Assembly (NCBI RefSeq): GCF_016433145.1
Contig: NC_058130.1
Coordinates: forward strand, 89,641,911 to 89,705,910
Reading direction: 5' to 3'
DNA from: Gracilinanus agilis
Lineage: Eukaryota
DNA: 64,000 nt
Position 1 is the stretch's first letter, and each line of letters begins with the position of its first letter. Below, piece after piece: positions 14,172 to 28,650 of this stretch. A model generated the notes under the pieces. That model saw nothing but the letters and a program-made list of their open reading frames with translations. It was not told the origin of the DNA and ran no database searches. A program made the translations under genes and the position numbers.

Positions 14172-14676
14172 TAGCTCCTTGGGGGCCACCTTTGCAGGGG
14201 CATTGACCCATGGTCTTGGACTTCTAGGAGTAACTCAGTTTGGGTGGGAATGAGATTCACAAAGGTCTCCTTAGCGCTTTCTCATAGTGTTGAAAAAAGC
14301 ATTAGAGACTACCTAGTTTAATCACTTTCTGGAGAGGCTGCATTCAATCCAGGCAAGAAAGACTTGGGCTCCTGTGATCATGGACTTAGAGCTAGAAGGG
14401 GCTTCAGAAATCATTCATTCACCTGTTTTCCCAGCTATAAGATGAGGTTCCAACCAGTTCAGTGACTTACCCAAGGACAAATAGCTAATAAAATGGCAGG
14501 GGCAATTCAGGCCCAATTCCTCTGACTACAAATCCAGTGCTTTTAAAAATGTACCATTCGGTGAAATGGGACTCTAGGAAATCTGCCTCCCCTGCTTGCT
14601 GTTTCCCCATCATTGATGGGCCTCATGGCAGCTCCCAGAGAAAGGGCAGTAGCTCACCTTTTGTTTTCCCTTGTAG

Positions 14677-14785
14677 CTGGAAAGCAGCTTTGTGTCTACA
14701 GAGGAAAGTAAACAGAAGCTAGTGCCCATCATGACCATCCTCCTGGAGGAGCTCAATGCCACAGGCAGATGTACCCTGCCTATAG
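14677..14785 (+). CDS. NPRL2: NPRL2 exon 4
   Basis: ttgtag|[36 protein letters not shown]|gtaagg. Confidence 0.96.
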
Positions 14786-15723
14786 GTAAGGCTACAGGGT
14801 CCAGTTCCCCTTCCAGAAAGGGGGCTGCTTGCACATTCTTGCCCAAGAGAAAACAGAATTCAGAGCTGTCCAAGTAGGTAGAGCAGGAGTATATAACCTC
14901 CATGAGGTACATGAAAAGTTTTCAGCAGATCCATGAACTTGGATGAGAAAAAAGACATCTTTATTTTCACTAACCTCTCTAAATGAGTTACCATTTCCTT
15001 CAGTTATTTAAAAATAAGATTCTGAGGAGTCCATAGGCTTCAGCAGCCTGCCAAAGAAACTTCTGATTCATAAAGCCAGTCTTTGTGAAAGAAGAGAGTA
15101 TGCAGAGGAGAAGCTTCGTAAGATAGGTCGCTGACTGAAATAAAGGGAGAAAGACAGAAAAGTTTAGATTCTCTGTGGGCATAGACAGTTAACTTTGTGA
15201 GGATGGACAGAGAGAAGGGCCCTTGGAATTCTGCCTTCTAATTTCAGTTCTGTAGCTAACTCCACATCTCTTAAGTGATTTCCCCTTTTGGATGAACATT
15301 ATCTCTCTGCAATGTGGTGGTTGACCTCTCTTCTGCCATATCTGCTGTGAAAATTAAGTGAACATTCTTACAGATCCTAGGTTTTAGAGCAGTAAGAGGC
15401 CTTCAAGGTCATCTGGTGCTTTACCCCATCCCCATTATTTTATAGAGGAGGAAACAGGCAAAATCTAAATATCATTGAACCTTGGTTTCATCACCTGTGA
15501 AATAGGAAGAGACTTTTCTATACGCACATAGCAAGTTAATGATAAACCTTCAGTATGAACCCAGGGCTCTCTGCCCAAAGATTCATCTTTCTTTCCACTA
15601 CATCATACCATGGGGTACAAAAGTGCTTTGAAAGTATAAACCTTCTGTAAGTGCAATCACAGGCATCCTGGGATCCTTCTGGAAGGCTTCCTAGAGACCA
15701 GGAATCTAGAGGAAATAGGGTAA

Positions 15724-16008
<285 letters not shown>

Positions 16009-16011
16009 TGA

Positions 16012-16128
<117 letters not shown>

Positions 16129-16377
16129 TGAGTGGGTTAAGGGGACCAGGAGATGGGTAGGGGAAGAACTGATGGAACATGAACACTGCCAGGACCTTCC
16201 TTCCCCCATCTCCTGTTTGCTAGGTCTTGCCTCTCCTGAACCCTCACAAGTGTTATCACCAAATTAAGAAGATATAAGCTAGAGGGTAGCCTGCACTGGT
16301 TGATGCTAATAGAAGAATGAGGGCACAGTCACAGTAGAGGCCAGAGGCCAACACTGAGCAGGGTGTATCTTTTGCAG

Positions 16378-16414
16378 GTACTATGGTGTGGTGACCCTGG
16401 TATCTATCCTCCAG
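16378..16414 (+). CDS. NPRL2: NPRL2 exon 7
   Basis: ttgcag|YYGVVTLVSILQ|gtgagg. Confidence 0.95.
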
Positions 16415-17020
16415 GTGAGGAGGGAAACAGAGGAAGAAGATTGTGCTTGGGAAGGGGATCAGCCCGAGTGGGGAAGAGCACAGCCGGAAATCAAGATAAT
16501 GGGGGTCTCTCAACAGACTAGTTTTCCCTGTGATATGTCTCAATGGAGAGCAGTGAGAAAGGGAATTCTCAGGGTGAATGGAGGTTTGTGTGCTTGGATA
16601 GAGAAGACACAAAATCCACAAGCATCTGAGCCAGAGATCTTGGTATAGTCTGTACAGCTCAAGAAACTGAGGTCCCAAAGAGGCAAGGACTTGTCTGAGG
16701 TAACACAACCAGTATTCCAGGGCAGGTCTAGAATTAGAATCCAGCTTTCCTCATTTAGGTGGTTTGGTTTGGTTTGGTTTTCAATGACACAAATTCACTG
16801 GCTCCTAGGTTTTAGAATCAAAAGAATTTAGGAGTCCAATCTAACATTTTAGTTTTTACTGATGGAAACTGGGGCCCAAGAACCATGAAAGACTTCTCTA
16901 AGGCCACACAGCCACTCAGTGACAGAAGCAAATTTCCTGACTTGTAGTTAGGATGTTATAAATTTGGGGGAGAGCAGGCTAGTGGATACCTCTGACCTCA
17001 ATCCATCCTTCCTCCCCCAG

Positions 17021-17114
17021 TATTCCAATGTGTACTGCCCCACACCCAAAGTGCAGGACCTGGTGGATGATAAGTCACTACAGGAGGAATGTCTGGCCTA
17101 TGTCACCAAACAAG
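17021..17114 (+). CDS. NPRL2: NPRL2 exon 8
   Basis: ccccag|[31 protein letters not shown]|gtatga. Confidence 0.96.
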
Positions 17115-17402
17115 GTATGAGAAGATGAGGAGGATAAGGGAAGGACGAAGCTTCCAAGGCATCTGGTTGCCTCCACCTCCAATAATAGCCAATAATGGTT
17201 TGTAAATTCATAAGACTCAAAAATCACCTCACCAGCTTCTCTGTAAGTAATAATATTCCCATCTTATAGATAAGGAAACTAAGGCATGAAGATTTAAGCG
17301 ACTTATCTGTGGTCATATATCTAAAATGTGTTAGAACCAGTAGTCATACCCTGGTCACACTCCAAAACCAGCATTCATTCCACTATGCCAAAATGCCTTT
17401 GA

Positions 17403-17615
<213 letters not shown>

Positions 17616-18208
17616 TGAGCAAGGGGGATGATATCTGCCAACCAGCCAAAGGCTGGCACATTTCCTGCAGTGCTCTGGGGTTCCTAAAGTGCTTTTCTCA
17701 CAAGAGCCCTGGGGAGAAGGCAGTGCAGTCACCCTTTCACAGATAAGGACACTGAAACTTGGAGGTGAGACTCCAAGGCCAGCTCCCAGCTGGTGGAATT
17801 TACCTGGCATTGGTCCTGTAGGGCAGGCAGTGCAGGGCTTTTTACAGCAGAAGAAACTGAGTCTGGGAAAGGATTCTTCCACTCCTCCCTCTGGCCTGGC
17901 CTCATATGCCCTCACTTGGTGGTCTCCTGATTCTAGATTTCTCTTTCAGAGAGCAAGGTTAGCCGTACAGGGGGCCACAGTCCTAGCCTGGTACTACTGC
18001 AGGCCCTTGAGCCCAGTCCCTTTCCCACTCAGGGCCTCAGTTTCCCCGTCTTTGTAAAGAGCTCATTCAGCCCTCTGAGGTCGTCCCTGGTTCTGAATCT
18101 AGTGTTGACACTTGGGGGTAGTTGGTCTTTAGTGCTGCTCAGCTGCATGCAGTCGAGGCCTGGGGACCTGGCCAGGCAGGGGCTCAGGGGTCACCCGCCC
18201 CCAAACAG

Positions 18209-18351
18209 GAAGCTGATCCAGTTTGGGCTAATGAAAAACTTGATGAGGCGGCTGCAGAAGTACCCGGTGCGCATCACAGCGGAGGAGCGCAGCCACCCCG
18301 CGCGCCTCTACACTGGCTGCCACAGCTACGACGAGATCTGCTGCAAGACCG
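18209..18351 (+). CDS. NPRL2: NPRL2 exon 10
   Basis: aaacag|[20 protein letters not shown]...[15 protein letters not shown]|gtgggt. Confidence 0.96.
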
Positions 18352-18464
18352 GTGGGTGTGCGGGTGTGCAGATGTGCGGCCGGAGCTGGGGGTGGGGGGA
18401 GCGGGGCGGAGTACGGTCAAACAGGGCCACCGCCCACTGAGCCCCCGGCCCCCCGCCCCTCTAG

Positions 18465-18532
18465 GCATGAGTTACCGGGAGCTGGATGAGCGCCTGGACA
18501 ACGACCCCAACATCATCGTGTGCTGGAAGTGA
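18465..18532 (+). CDS. NPRL2: NPRL2 exon 11 (last)
   Basis: ctctag|(G)[24 protein letters not shown]. Exons sum to 1143 nt = 380 aa + stop. Confidence 0.96.
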
Positions 18533-18612
18533 AGCCCCCCGTAAGAGCCTCCGGCCGCCGCCTTCCCTCCTCCGGACGCTGGGGTTGCGGGACTTGGGGG
18601 CGGGCTGGGGGA

Positions 18613-18974
<362 letters not shown>

Positions 18975-19243
18975 TGAGGGTTCTGGGGCCCCCAGGAAGT
19001 GGCTGAGGGGGCGGGACCCGTGGAAAGGCTCCGTCTGCCTGGGGCCTCGGGCATGTCCTCTGAGGGGGAGGAGGGCTCCGATTCAGTCTGAAGATGTTCT
19101 CTTGGGCTTGTGGAAGCGTCCTCCCTCTCCCCGCTCCACCCTGCAGCTTTCAAGGGTCTCGGGCTGGTAACTTCAAGCGCTCAATGGATCTGTGGGGGCC
19201 AGGGAAGGGCTTTCCGTGCTAGGAGTTGTGCCTGGTTAGATAG

Positions 19244-19477
<234 letters not shown>

Positions 19478-19789
19478 TGACACAGCCACTGGGTACTGGA
19501 GACTGCTGCTGTGAGGAGGCCAGATACCCATCCCCCGCCCTGCCCCCTTCCTCCCTGATCACCGGATAAGGTCTTTGAGTAACTCACTTCCCTTCAGGAA
19601 GGCAAGCTTTCTACTTCCTTCCACCTTGGAGAGCCTCACTTGGACCACAGAGGCCCCTGAGGCAAACTCTCCTTCTGACACCTAACCTTCCACCAGGGCA
19701 ATCTGATCCCTAGAGGTAAATATAGGTATGAGAGGGGAGTTCTGGTCCCCTTCAGATAAGCTAAATATTACATGGATAAGAAATCTTAT

Positions 19790-19830
19790 ATATATGTGTG
19801 TGTGTGTGTGTGTGTATATGTGTATATAAA
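19790..19830. repeat. (TA)n(TG)n microsatellite
   Basis: tatatatgtgtgtgtgtgtgtgtgtatatgtgtatata in ZMYND10 intron 2. Confidence 0.9.
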
Positions 19831-20829
19831 TACATATCAATCATATGCAGCCAGTGACCCCAAAGGGAGCTCAGGCCCCTGCCCTACTGGATGGGGAAGT
19901 GTTTAACTTTGTTCAAATCCTCCCACCCCTTAGAGACTCTTTTCCCCTTTCCATCAACAAACAATTGAGTAAGAATTCCCTTAATTCTACCTGTTGTGTC
20001 CAGCTTTATGCTTGTACCTGAGGGAAAATTGATTAGATAATCTCAGATCTCTTGATTCTGACCCCCCCTGAGCCAATGAATTTACATCCAAAACTATAAA
20101 CTAAAAGAGCTAAAAGGGTCAAGGAAGCCTTTATTAAACACCTACTGTGTCCCGGGCACTCTGTCCTCAAGGAGCTCATAATCCTGTCCCAGAGAGGGAA
20201 TAGATCAAAAACAATGTTAGATTTCAGTAAGAGTGAGATCACAGGGTTGTAGGGTTCTCTAAGTAAATGTCTAGTGAGAGGCATTAAATGTTTGGAGGGA
20301 TTGTGGGAAGGGAGAAAAGTCTTGGAATCGGGGACCTGGATTCAAATACCAGCACCAACAACTTAAGGAAGACAGGCCTCAGATTCCTTATCCAGAACTA
20401 ATCTCACTGGGCTCTTGGGAAGAAGGGGTTTTGTAAGCCTTAAAGTACTGTGGGAAAAGGGGTAGAATACGCAGAGCTAGTCAGGGAAATCGGGCCCAGT
20501 TTTAAAGAGTGATGAACATTTGAATTAGAGGGGGAAAAAAAAACAAACCTCAGCACCACAGTCTCTGCCCTCAGACTTACATTCTGCTGGAGTGCATAAG
20601 GGACACAAACAAAGGAAACAAGGGAATAAGGAAATACAAAGAAATAAGCCCTGAAAGCCAGAATGTGTAAAGGGCCACAGATGGGATAGGGAAAGTAGGC
20701 CATGGGAAACGGTCCATAACAGAGAGACAATTCTTATCAAAAAGATAGATGGTAGCATTTTCCCATTTCCCTCTGTCCATGTTGTTCTGCACAACCATTC
20801 TGTTGAGACCTAAAAGCCAAGTTTCCCAT

Positions 20830-21530
20830 AGGGTTGTACGTTTATTTGCTACCTGAAGACAGACGGCTCTGCCCACTGGAAAGTCTTACCAGGCACAACA
20901 AAGAGAACTACAACCAGTTAAATAATCACTTGGAAAAAATGCTCGACCTCCATAACACTCAGATAAAAATGTATCTGACGTGGAGTAACCCCGCTTCCCC
21001 CCCCTCCCCCCATCAAACTTGCAGAATAAGTTTTAAAGAATGAAACTTGGGACTGGCAGAGAGAAGCAGGAACATACACTTTTACTGGCAGAAATGCAAA
21101 CTGGGAGTATCTCTGAGGGTCGAGCTTTAACCCATCAGCATCATTGTTAGGAATAAGCCCAGAAAGTTATCGAAAGCACCAAAAAAAGAACTTTTTGTTC
21201 GAAGATTTTTATTAGTAGTGCTATGTAGTTGCAAAAAAAAAAAGAGGGAGAAAAATCGATCCAAATGTCCAAATGGCTAAATAAATTGTGGCACATTAAT
21301 GTACTAGAATGCTGTCATTTAAAAGACTAAAGGAATAGAAAGAAATCTGGAAGAACCTTTGTGAAATACTGTAAGGGGGAGGTGGGTGGAGGAATCAAGA
21401 TCCTAGCACTAAGTGAATAAGAATGAGCAAAGATTTCTGATGGAGACCGAAGAAATGCCTGGAAAATGATAACACTGAGTAAATAAGTCATGGCAAAGCA
21501 AATAATTATATTAATGCTCAATGTTAAGTT
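20830..21530 (+). mobile_element. Old, degraded L1 3' fragment
   Basis: Remnants such as aaatggctaaataaattgtggcacattaatgtactagaatgc resemble the L1 ORF2 end; boundaries approximate. Confidence 0.55.
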
Positions 21531-22509
21531 TAGAAAATAGACAGGGAGGGGGACAGCTGGTGCCTCAGTGAGTTGAGAGCCAGGCCTAGAGATGGGAGGT
21601 CCTGGGTTCAAATTTGGCCTCAGATACTTTCTTCCTGTGTGACCCTGGGCAAGTCCCTTAACCCCGTGTGTGGTTTGCACGCTTTTCTCTCCTACACTAT
21701 CTTGTGACTTACATCTCAGATTTAGGACCCCTATATTCTGGGCTGGGGGGCTGGGGAAGAAAAGGTAATCTGAGAAAGAAGAAAGTGGAAGCAAGATACT
21801 GTAACTGCATTTTGGGTACAAGAGAGAAATTGTATTATTCTAATCCTAAGCATCTTTCTAAGAGAAAATCCAAAGGGACAGAAATCTGGCCTGCCTTTGA
21901 AAATCTCATCCATGCCATTTTGAGTTAAAATTTGTAATTCTCCTAAACAAAGAGAAAATGCTGGTTCACAGTATCAGCAGTCATAGGACTACGGGGTCAG
22001 CCAATTCTCTCTGCAGTCACGCCTTCCCAGGATTATTCTTTCTGCCTTGTGGACATCTATCAGACTTCTTGCTTCTCTAAGTTTAATCACTCTAATACAG
22101 CTGGAGCATGGCTGCTTTGTAGGAGATCTTGTCCAGGGCCCCTTGCTTTTGTCATCTAAGTCAATAATCTCCTATTCTTAGTTTTAGAAATATGTTAGGA
22201 TTTGGATAGTAAAAAGGATTTGAGGAGCAGCTGGGTGGCTCAGTGGAATAGAGAGCCAGGCCCAGAGGAGGAGGTCCTCAGATACTTCTTAGCTACGTGA
22301 CCCTGGGCAACTCACCTAACCACCAGTGCCCAGCCCAGGTAAGGATTTGGTTTGGTTTTTTTAAGATTTTATATTTTAAAGGATTTCAAACTAATACTGA
22401 TTTGACTGTTTTGGGGTAGAACCAAGAACTTCAGACTTATCCTTAGCATAGAACCTGGCACATACAATAAATGCTTGTCAACTTGTCTTAAAATGGAATG
22501 TTTATGATA

Positions 22510-22721
22510 CAGGGTGTCCCAAAAGCCTTAGTGCAGTTTATTAGCTTTAAGCTATTCATTTTAAAATAAAACTTAAATTTAATATTAGTTTATTTTAGTG
22601 TAGTTCTAAGTGGGTAGCTGTGTGGCTCAGTGGATTGTGGAAATACATAGTATTGATTCTAAGGCAGAAGGTGAGGGTTTAATTTAAAAAAAAAAAAACT
22701 GCACTAAGCCTTTTGAGACCT
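22510..22721. mobile_element. Tc1/mariner-type MITE with a nested SINE fragment
   Basis: TA|cagggtgtcccaaaagccttagtgcagttt ... aaactgcactaagccttttgagac; 22 of 24 inner TIR bases are complementary. Confidence 0.75.
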
Positions 22722-24552
22722 AAAGATGTAGCCTAAAGAAGGAAGGAGGAAGAGGAGGCACTTCATTATGTTTGCACAGTAGGAAACTCCTAGAGTCAAG
22801 GACCTTGAGTACGATGGCAGCAGAAAATAAACATGGAAATAGGCTGCTGAAGAACCGGCCGTCAGCCAGGGCCAGGACCAGGACCAGGCCTGACACCAAC
22901 CTCTCCACTATCTAGAGAGTTTTGAGATTGAGCCTCGGGTTCCTCAACTGTAAAATGGAGATAACGACACTTCTGGTGCCCACCTTCCAGAGTCATCGTC
23001 AAGGTCACATGAGAGCGTATGGCCACACACTTTCAACCTTAATATTCCACATTTTACTCTTTCAGCCAGTATTTCCATAGAGAAATTTGCTGCCTGTGGA
23101 AGGTGAGAGAAGTCAACCCCTGAAGCCCAGGGTTGGACAGTGAGTCAGGACAAGAGCCTGGCTTCAAGAAGAAAGGAGAACAGGTAGTTAATTGGATTAA
23201 GGAGCTCCCCAAGCTGCACTGGTCAGAAAGATCCGAGTCAGGGTTCAAACACAGAGCTTCTGACTCCAAACCCTGTTCCAGTGCTCTATCCACCAGGCTC
23301 CACAACCTCTCAGAGGCAGAAGATAACACTAGGCCTGTGTGGCACCAGGCAGATCATTGCCTTGCTCTGCTGCCCTTTCCACAGTCATGAAGAGTGATGA
23401 GTCCCTGCCGGACTTAGCCCCCATGAGCCAAGCATTTCCCAAACCTTAAAAGTACAAGAGGAATTTGAGCAGTTTGTGTGAGTGAGATGGGGGAGAGAGC
23501 GGGCCTGGGCCTGACACACACTGGCCACAGGAAGTCTCCAGGCTCTGGGCAGCTCTTAAGACTAGATGTCATAGAGAAGGCGACAGCCTTCATTAGGGCA
23601 AAGACCCTCCTGTGCCAGTGAAGCCACGGCACGGTCCCCGTTCCCTAGTCCATGTGTCCGTCGCCTTGTAAAACACCCCCTGCCCCGTGTAAGTGACTCG
23701 AGGGCAGGGGTGGTCTCCTCTCAGCCGTCCAAGCCTTGCCATTGGTTTTGTTGAGAGGCCTAAGAAGAGGGCTAAGCAAGGAGTCTTTCTGCTTTAGCAT
23801 CTTACAACTTTAGAAAACGGTGAATATTAACCCCAAAGAGAGCCCGTAGCCACTGTCCATTCATGATCTCTTCCCATCCCATTGCCTCAGATTTGCTGTG
23901 ATTCAATACCTACTCCCCGGCATGTCGAACCCTTCTTTGTGACCCTCCACTTCCAGTGAGGGAAAAGATAGACAAGAAAGAGTTAAAGGGGACAGCTGGG
24001 TAGCTCAGTGGAATGAGAACCAGGCCTAGAAACGGGAGGTCCCAAGTTCAAATCTGGCCTCAGACACTTTCCAGCTGACCCTGAGCAAGTCACTTAACCC
24101 CCATTGCCTAGCCCTTACCTCTCTTCTTCCTTGGAGCAATACACAGTTTTGGTTCCAACACAGAAGGTAAGGGTTTTAAAAAAAATTTTTTTTAATTAAA
24201 AAGAGTTAAAGCAGAGAGGATTTTTTTAAACCCTTATTGTCTACCTTAGGGTCTTGGCATTTGAGTTTAAGTGATCATCCCAGGGTTATACAACTAGGAG
24301 TTATCTGAGGCCAAATTTGAACCCAGGATCTAGGTCTTCCCCCTCCCTCCACCACCCCCTGCCCCCACTGCTCTTCTGCCCTGGAACCAATCCATAGTAG
24401 TGATTCTAAGACAGAAGGTAAGGGTTTTAAAAAAAAAAAAGGAAATGGGCTGACTGGGGAAGAGGTCAAAACAGACACCAGAGGACCACCGGCTGGCATA
24501 TAATAGCAGAGTAAGGATGGAGCCCTTCCTCCAAGATCCTTTCCATATCTAA

Positions 24553-24783
<231 letters not shown>

Positions 24784-24932
24784 TAAGCCTGCCCTTCCTC
24801 CTTGTCCCAGTTAGTGCTCTGGACTCCATCTGAGGAGTAAGCTTCAAGAGGGCCGGCATCCTCTGGAGCTGGGCTGTGGGTGGGAAGGGGGCCTGGGATC
24901 TGCCTCCCCAGCATGCTCTCCTCCCTGCACAG

Positions 24933-24986
24933 GTACACCACGAGGCCTCCATCATCAACCTTCTGGAGACTGTTTTCTTCCACAAG
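24933..24986 (+). CDS. ZMYND10: ZMYND10 exon 4
   Basis: gcacag|VHHEASIINLLETVFFHK|gtgagg. Confidence 0.96.
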
Positions 24987-25335
24987 GTGAGGCTGGTTCA
25001 CCCTCAGCAAGGGGTGTTGAAGAACCATGAGAATAAGTTAGAAGCTAACTGGGAAAGCCCAGGAAGAAGGCTTTTAAATTAAAAGATGTTAGCCTTGGGT
25101 TAACTGGGCAGCCTTGGCTGGCTTCCAGACTGGCATCACTGTTCCCTAGGTCGGAAGGTAGGAAGCTAGAACTGTTCAGAACTTGTCTCTGCTAATGCAG
25201 GTGCCACTTCTGGCACACTTTCTGGGCACTAGTCCTGGGCAAGTTGATTAACTTTGCTGCCCAAGAAGCCGATGGTGTCTACTTCAAACCCAAAGGATTC
25301 CAGCAGGCTCCCTGCATCTTTCCTTTCTTCCCCAG

Positions 25336-25473
25336 GAAGTATGTGATTCAGCTGAAGATTCTATTTTGGACTTAATTGACTATTGTCATCGAAAACTGAC
25401 AATGCTGGTGGCCTACAACAACACTAGCAGCAGCTCCTTGTCTGAAGAAGAGTTTGAACTTTCACCCTTGGAG
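25336..25473 (+). CDS. ZMYND10: ZMYND10 exon 5
   Basis: ccccag|EVCDSAEDSILDLIDYCHRKLTMLV...ELSPLE|gtacca. Confidence 0.92.
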
Positions 25474-25591
25474 GTACCATGGGCCCCCTCCTTCCCCATC
25501 CCTGTTCCAAGCTGGCTTAATCCAGCCAGAGATGGTGGGCTCCTGAGAAGAGCCAGTATCCCTTTGGCCCAGGCCGAGAGCCCCAGAATGA

Positions 25592-25777
<186 letters not shown>

Positions 25778-25873
25778 TGAGTAGGGGTGGCTGGGCCTTT
25801 CCAAAGCCCCCTCCCCCAAGAGGAAAGCTCAGGCCCCATTTTCTCCCAAGATTGGTGCCTGAGGCTGGAGTGA

Positions 25874-26200
<327 letters not shown>

Positions 26201-26244
26201 TGAAGTTCTTGTCAGGGAAAGGAACTGTCTTAGAGTCTCTAGAG

Positions 26245-26524
26245 CTGTGATGGTGACCCTATGGCACAGGTGCCAAAGCCAGCACGAAGAGACCTTTCTG
26301 TGGGCACTCAACCCTCACCCCAGTTGGTTACCAGAAAGGCAGAGAGACTCAGGTGGAGCTGCTCCCCTCCTCCCCCCTCCCTCCCTTCCTATCCCTCTGC
26401 CCAGCAGCCCAATGGGAATGCTTCCTCTCTCTTCTGAGGAGTGCCTGGGCCATTCCCCTCCCTCCCCAGTCTGTGGTGGGGGTGGAGACATGGCAAGTAG
26501 TCTCTAAAAGGTTCACCATCACTG
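26245..26524 (+). mobile_element. hAT (Charlie-type) MITE, copy 1
   Basis: Ends ctgtgatggtgaccct ... aggttcaccatcactg; 8-bp TSD ctctagag / ctctagac fits the Charlie NTCTAGAN preference. Confidence 0.85.
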
Positions 26525-26841
26525 CTCTAGACCATTTGTTGGGCTTGTCTAATTCAAGTCAGCTGTTAGTTGCCAAAAGAAAATGAAAATCTTTGAACTC
26601 CACAAAGAAGGTCTGAACATCAAATCTTGCCTTTTCCCAGCAGGACTCTAGGATCAACCCACAATCCCCCCGGTATCCTGTCATGAAGGCATGGAAGAAA
26701 TTGAGATATAATCTGTTCTCAGCCCTTTGTCTTACAGATCAAGAAAGACCCAAAGAAATCAAGAAACTCCTTCAAGATCCTAAAGCAGTTGGTGGCAAAA
26801 GCTTGGACCAGAACCCTGGCCTTCTGACTCTGCCACCCTGA

Positions 26842-27159
<318 letters not shown>

Positions 27160-27450
27160 TAACAGGTGCCCCAATGCCTCCCTCCTGGGTTCCCATGCCC
27201 TCTGCTCTAGCTCCCTCAATTTTCCCAGCTCCCATAGCCAGCATAGCCTTGCCATTGCTGCTCTCACCCTCCTCCCTCACCAACTGGCCACATGCCTGCT
27301 CCATCTTAGCTGAGCCAGACAGGTTTGGCCTTTTTCAGTGATTTGAGAGTGAGGCCCAGAGACTGGAGAGAGACCAGGATTCAGATCTGGTCTCAGACAC
27401 TTCCTAGCTGTGTGACCCTGGATAAGTCACTTAACCCCCATTGCCTAGGC

Positions 27451-27716
27451 CTGTGATGGTGAACCTATGACATGTGTGCAAAAAAGGGCATGCAGAGCCC
27501 TCTCTGTGCATACACCTGTAGTCACCCACCAGAGCTTGTTACTAGAAAGCCAGAGTCTGGGGCAGAGCTGTTCCCCTCCCTCTCCATGCTTGCCTAAGGA
27601 CATTCCTCACTTTCCCTGCCTCTCTGCCCAGCAGCCCAATGGGAGCACTTCCTCCCTCTTCCATCTGGGGTAAGGCAGGGCCGGGCACGCCATCTCTAAA
27701 AAGTTTGCCATCACTA
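27451..27716 (+). mobile_element. hAT (Charlie-type) MITE, copy 2, inserted into a SINE
   Basis: Ends ctgtgatggtgaacct ... aagtttgccatcacta; TSD gcctaggc / gcccagcc; shares the internal ctctgcccagcagcccaatggga with copy 1; splits a SINE at ...ccattgcctag|cccttata.... Confidence 0.8.
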
Positions 27717-28207
27717 GCCCAGCCCTTATAAGCTCTTCTGCCTTAGAACAGTATTGATTCTAAGACAGAAGGTAAGAATTAATTTTAAAAAAAAAAAAGC
27801 CTTCTCTACTCTGGCTGAGGAGTGAAAGGAGCAAAGTCCCCCCTCTCCACCCCAAGGTCTCCATGCTGGCTAAATCTGGTTCAGTCCAGATCAGTGGCTC
27901 AGCTCCTGCCCCCGGGCACCTCTGTTCTCTCCCATCTCCCTGTCTCGGGAGTACCATAGAGGATCCTGGATCCCTCCCTCACTTCACCCACTAGAATGAC
28001 ATCTTCCCCTGGCTGGAACTCTAATCAACAGACTAATGTGTCACTGTCCCACATTTGAGAATATCAACTGCACAACCCAGATTTTTGTCCTTTCCCTGGT
28101 AAGGCTTGAAGGATAGAATCCAGGGCATTAGGGGATATCTCAGGGGTCTTTCCCTGGGCTCCCTGGATCTTCTTCCTAGTAGCTTCCCTCGGTTCCTTTT
28201 CCCCCAG

Positions 28208-28333
28208 CTCCGGACCTGGCTCAATGATGTTGTGCTGGACCAGATACCCAACCTGATAGAACTACACCGTTTCCTCAGCCAACTGGCACTCACTGAGCCT
28301 CACCCTCCCAAGAAGGACCTGGTGATGGAGCAG
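28208..28333 (+). CDS. ZMYND10: ZMYND10 exon 9
   Basis: ccccag|LRTWLNDVVLDQIPNLIELHRFLSQLALTEPHPPKKDLVMEQ|gtatca. Confidence 0.95.
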
Positions 28334-28528
28334 GTATCAGCAGAGGAAAAAGGCGGGTGGCTGCCGGAACCAGAACAGGGATCCGAGTATTCAGTATCCT
28401 CTTGGACAAGTGGGGTCCGATAGTTGGAGGATTGTCAGTGAGGCCAGACTCCTGACTTCTCCCATATTCTTGGGCTCCTGTACTTGCTAGCCAAGGACTT
28501 CTCCCATTCTGGTAGCCTTGTCCCACAG

Positions 28529-28650
28529 ATCCCTGAAATCTGGAGCCGGCTAGAGAGGAAGAACGGGGGGAAGTGGCACGCCATTGCCAAGTACCAGCTG
28601 AAACACATCTTTAGCCCCTCTGAGCAGGACCTGCGTCTACAGGCCAGAAG
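28529..28650 (+). CDS. ZMYND10: ZMYND10 exon 10
   Basis: ccacag|IPEIWSRLERKNGGKWHAIAKYQLKHIFSPSEQDLRLQAR(R)|gtgagg. Confidence 0.96.
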
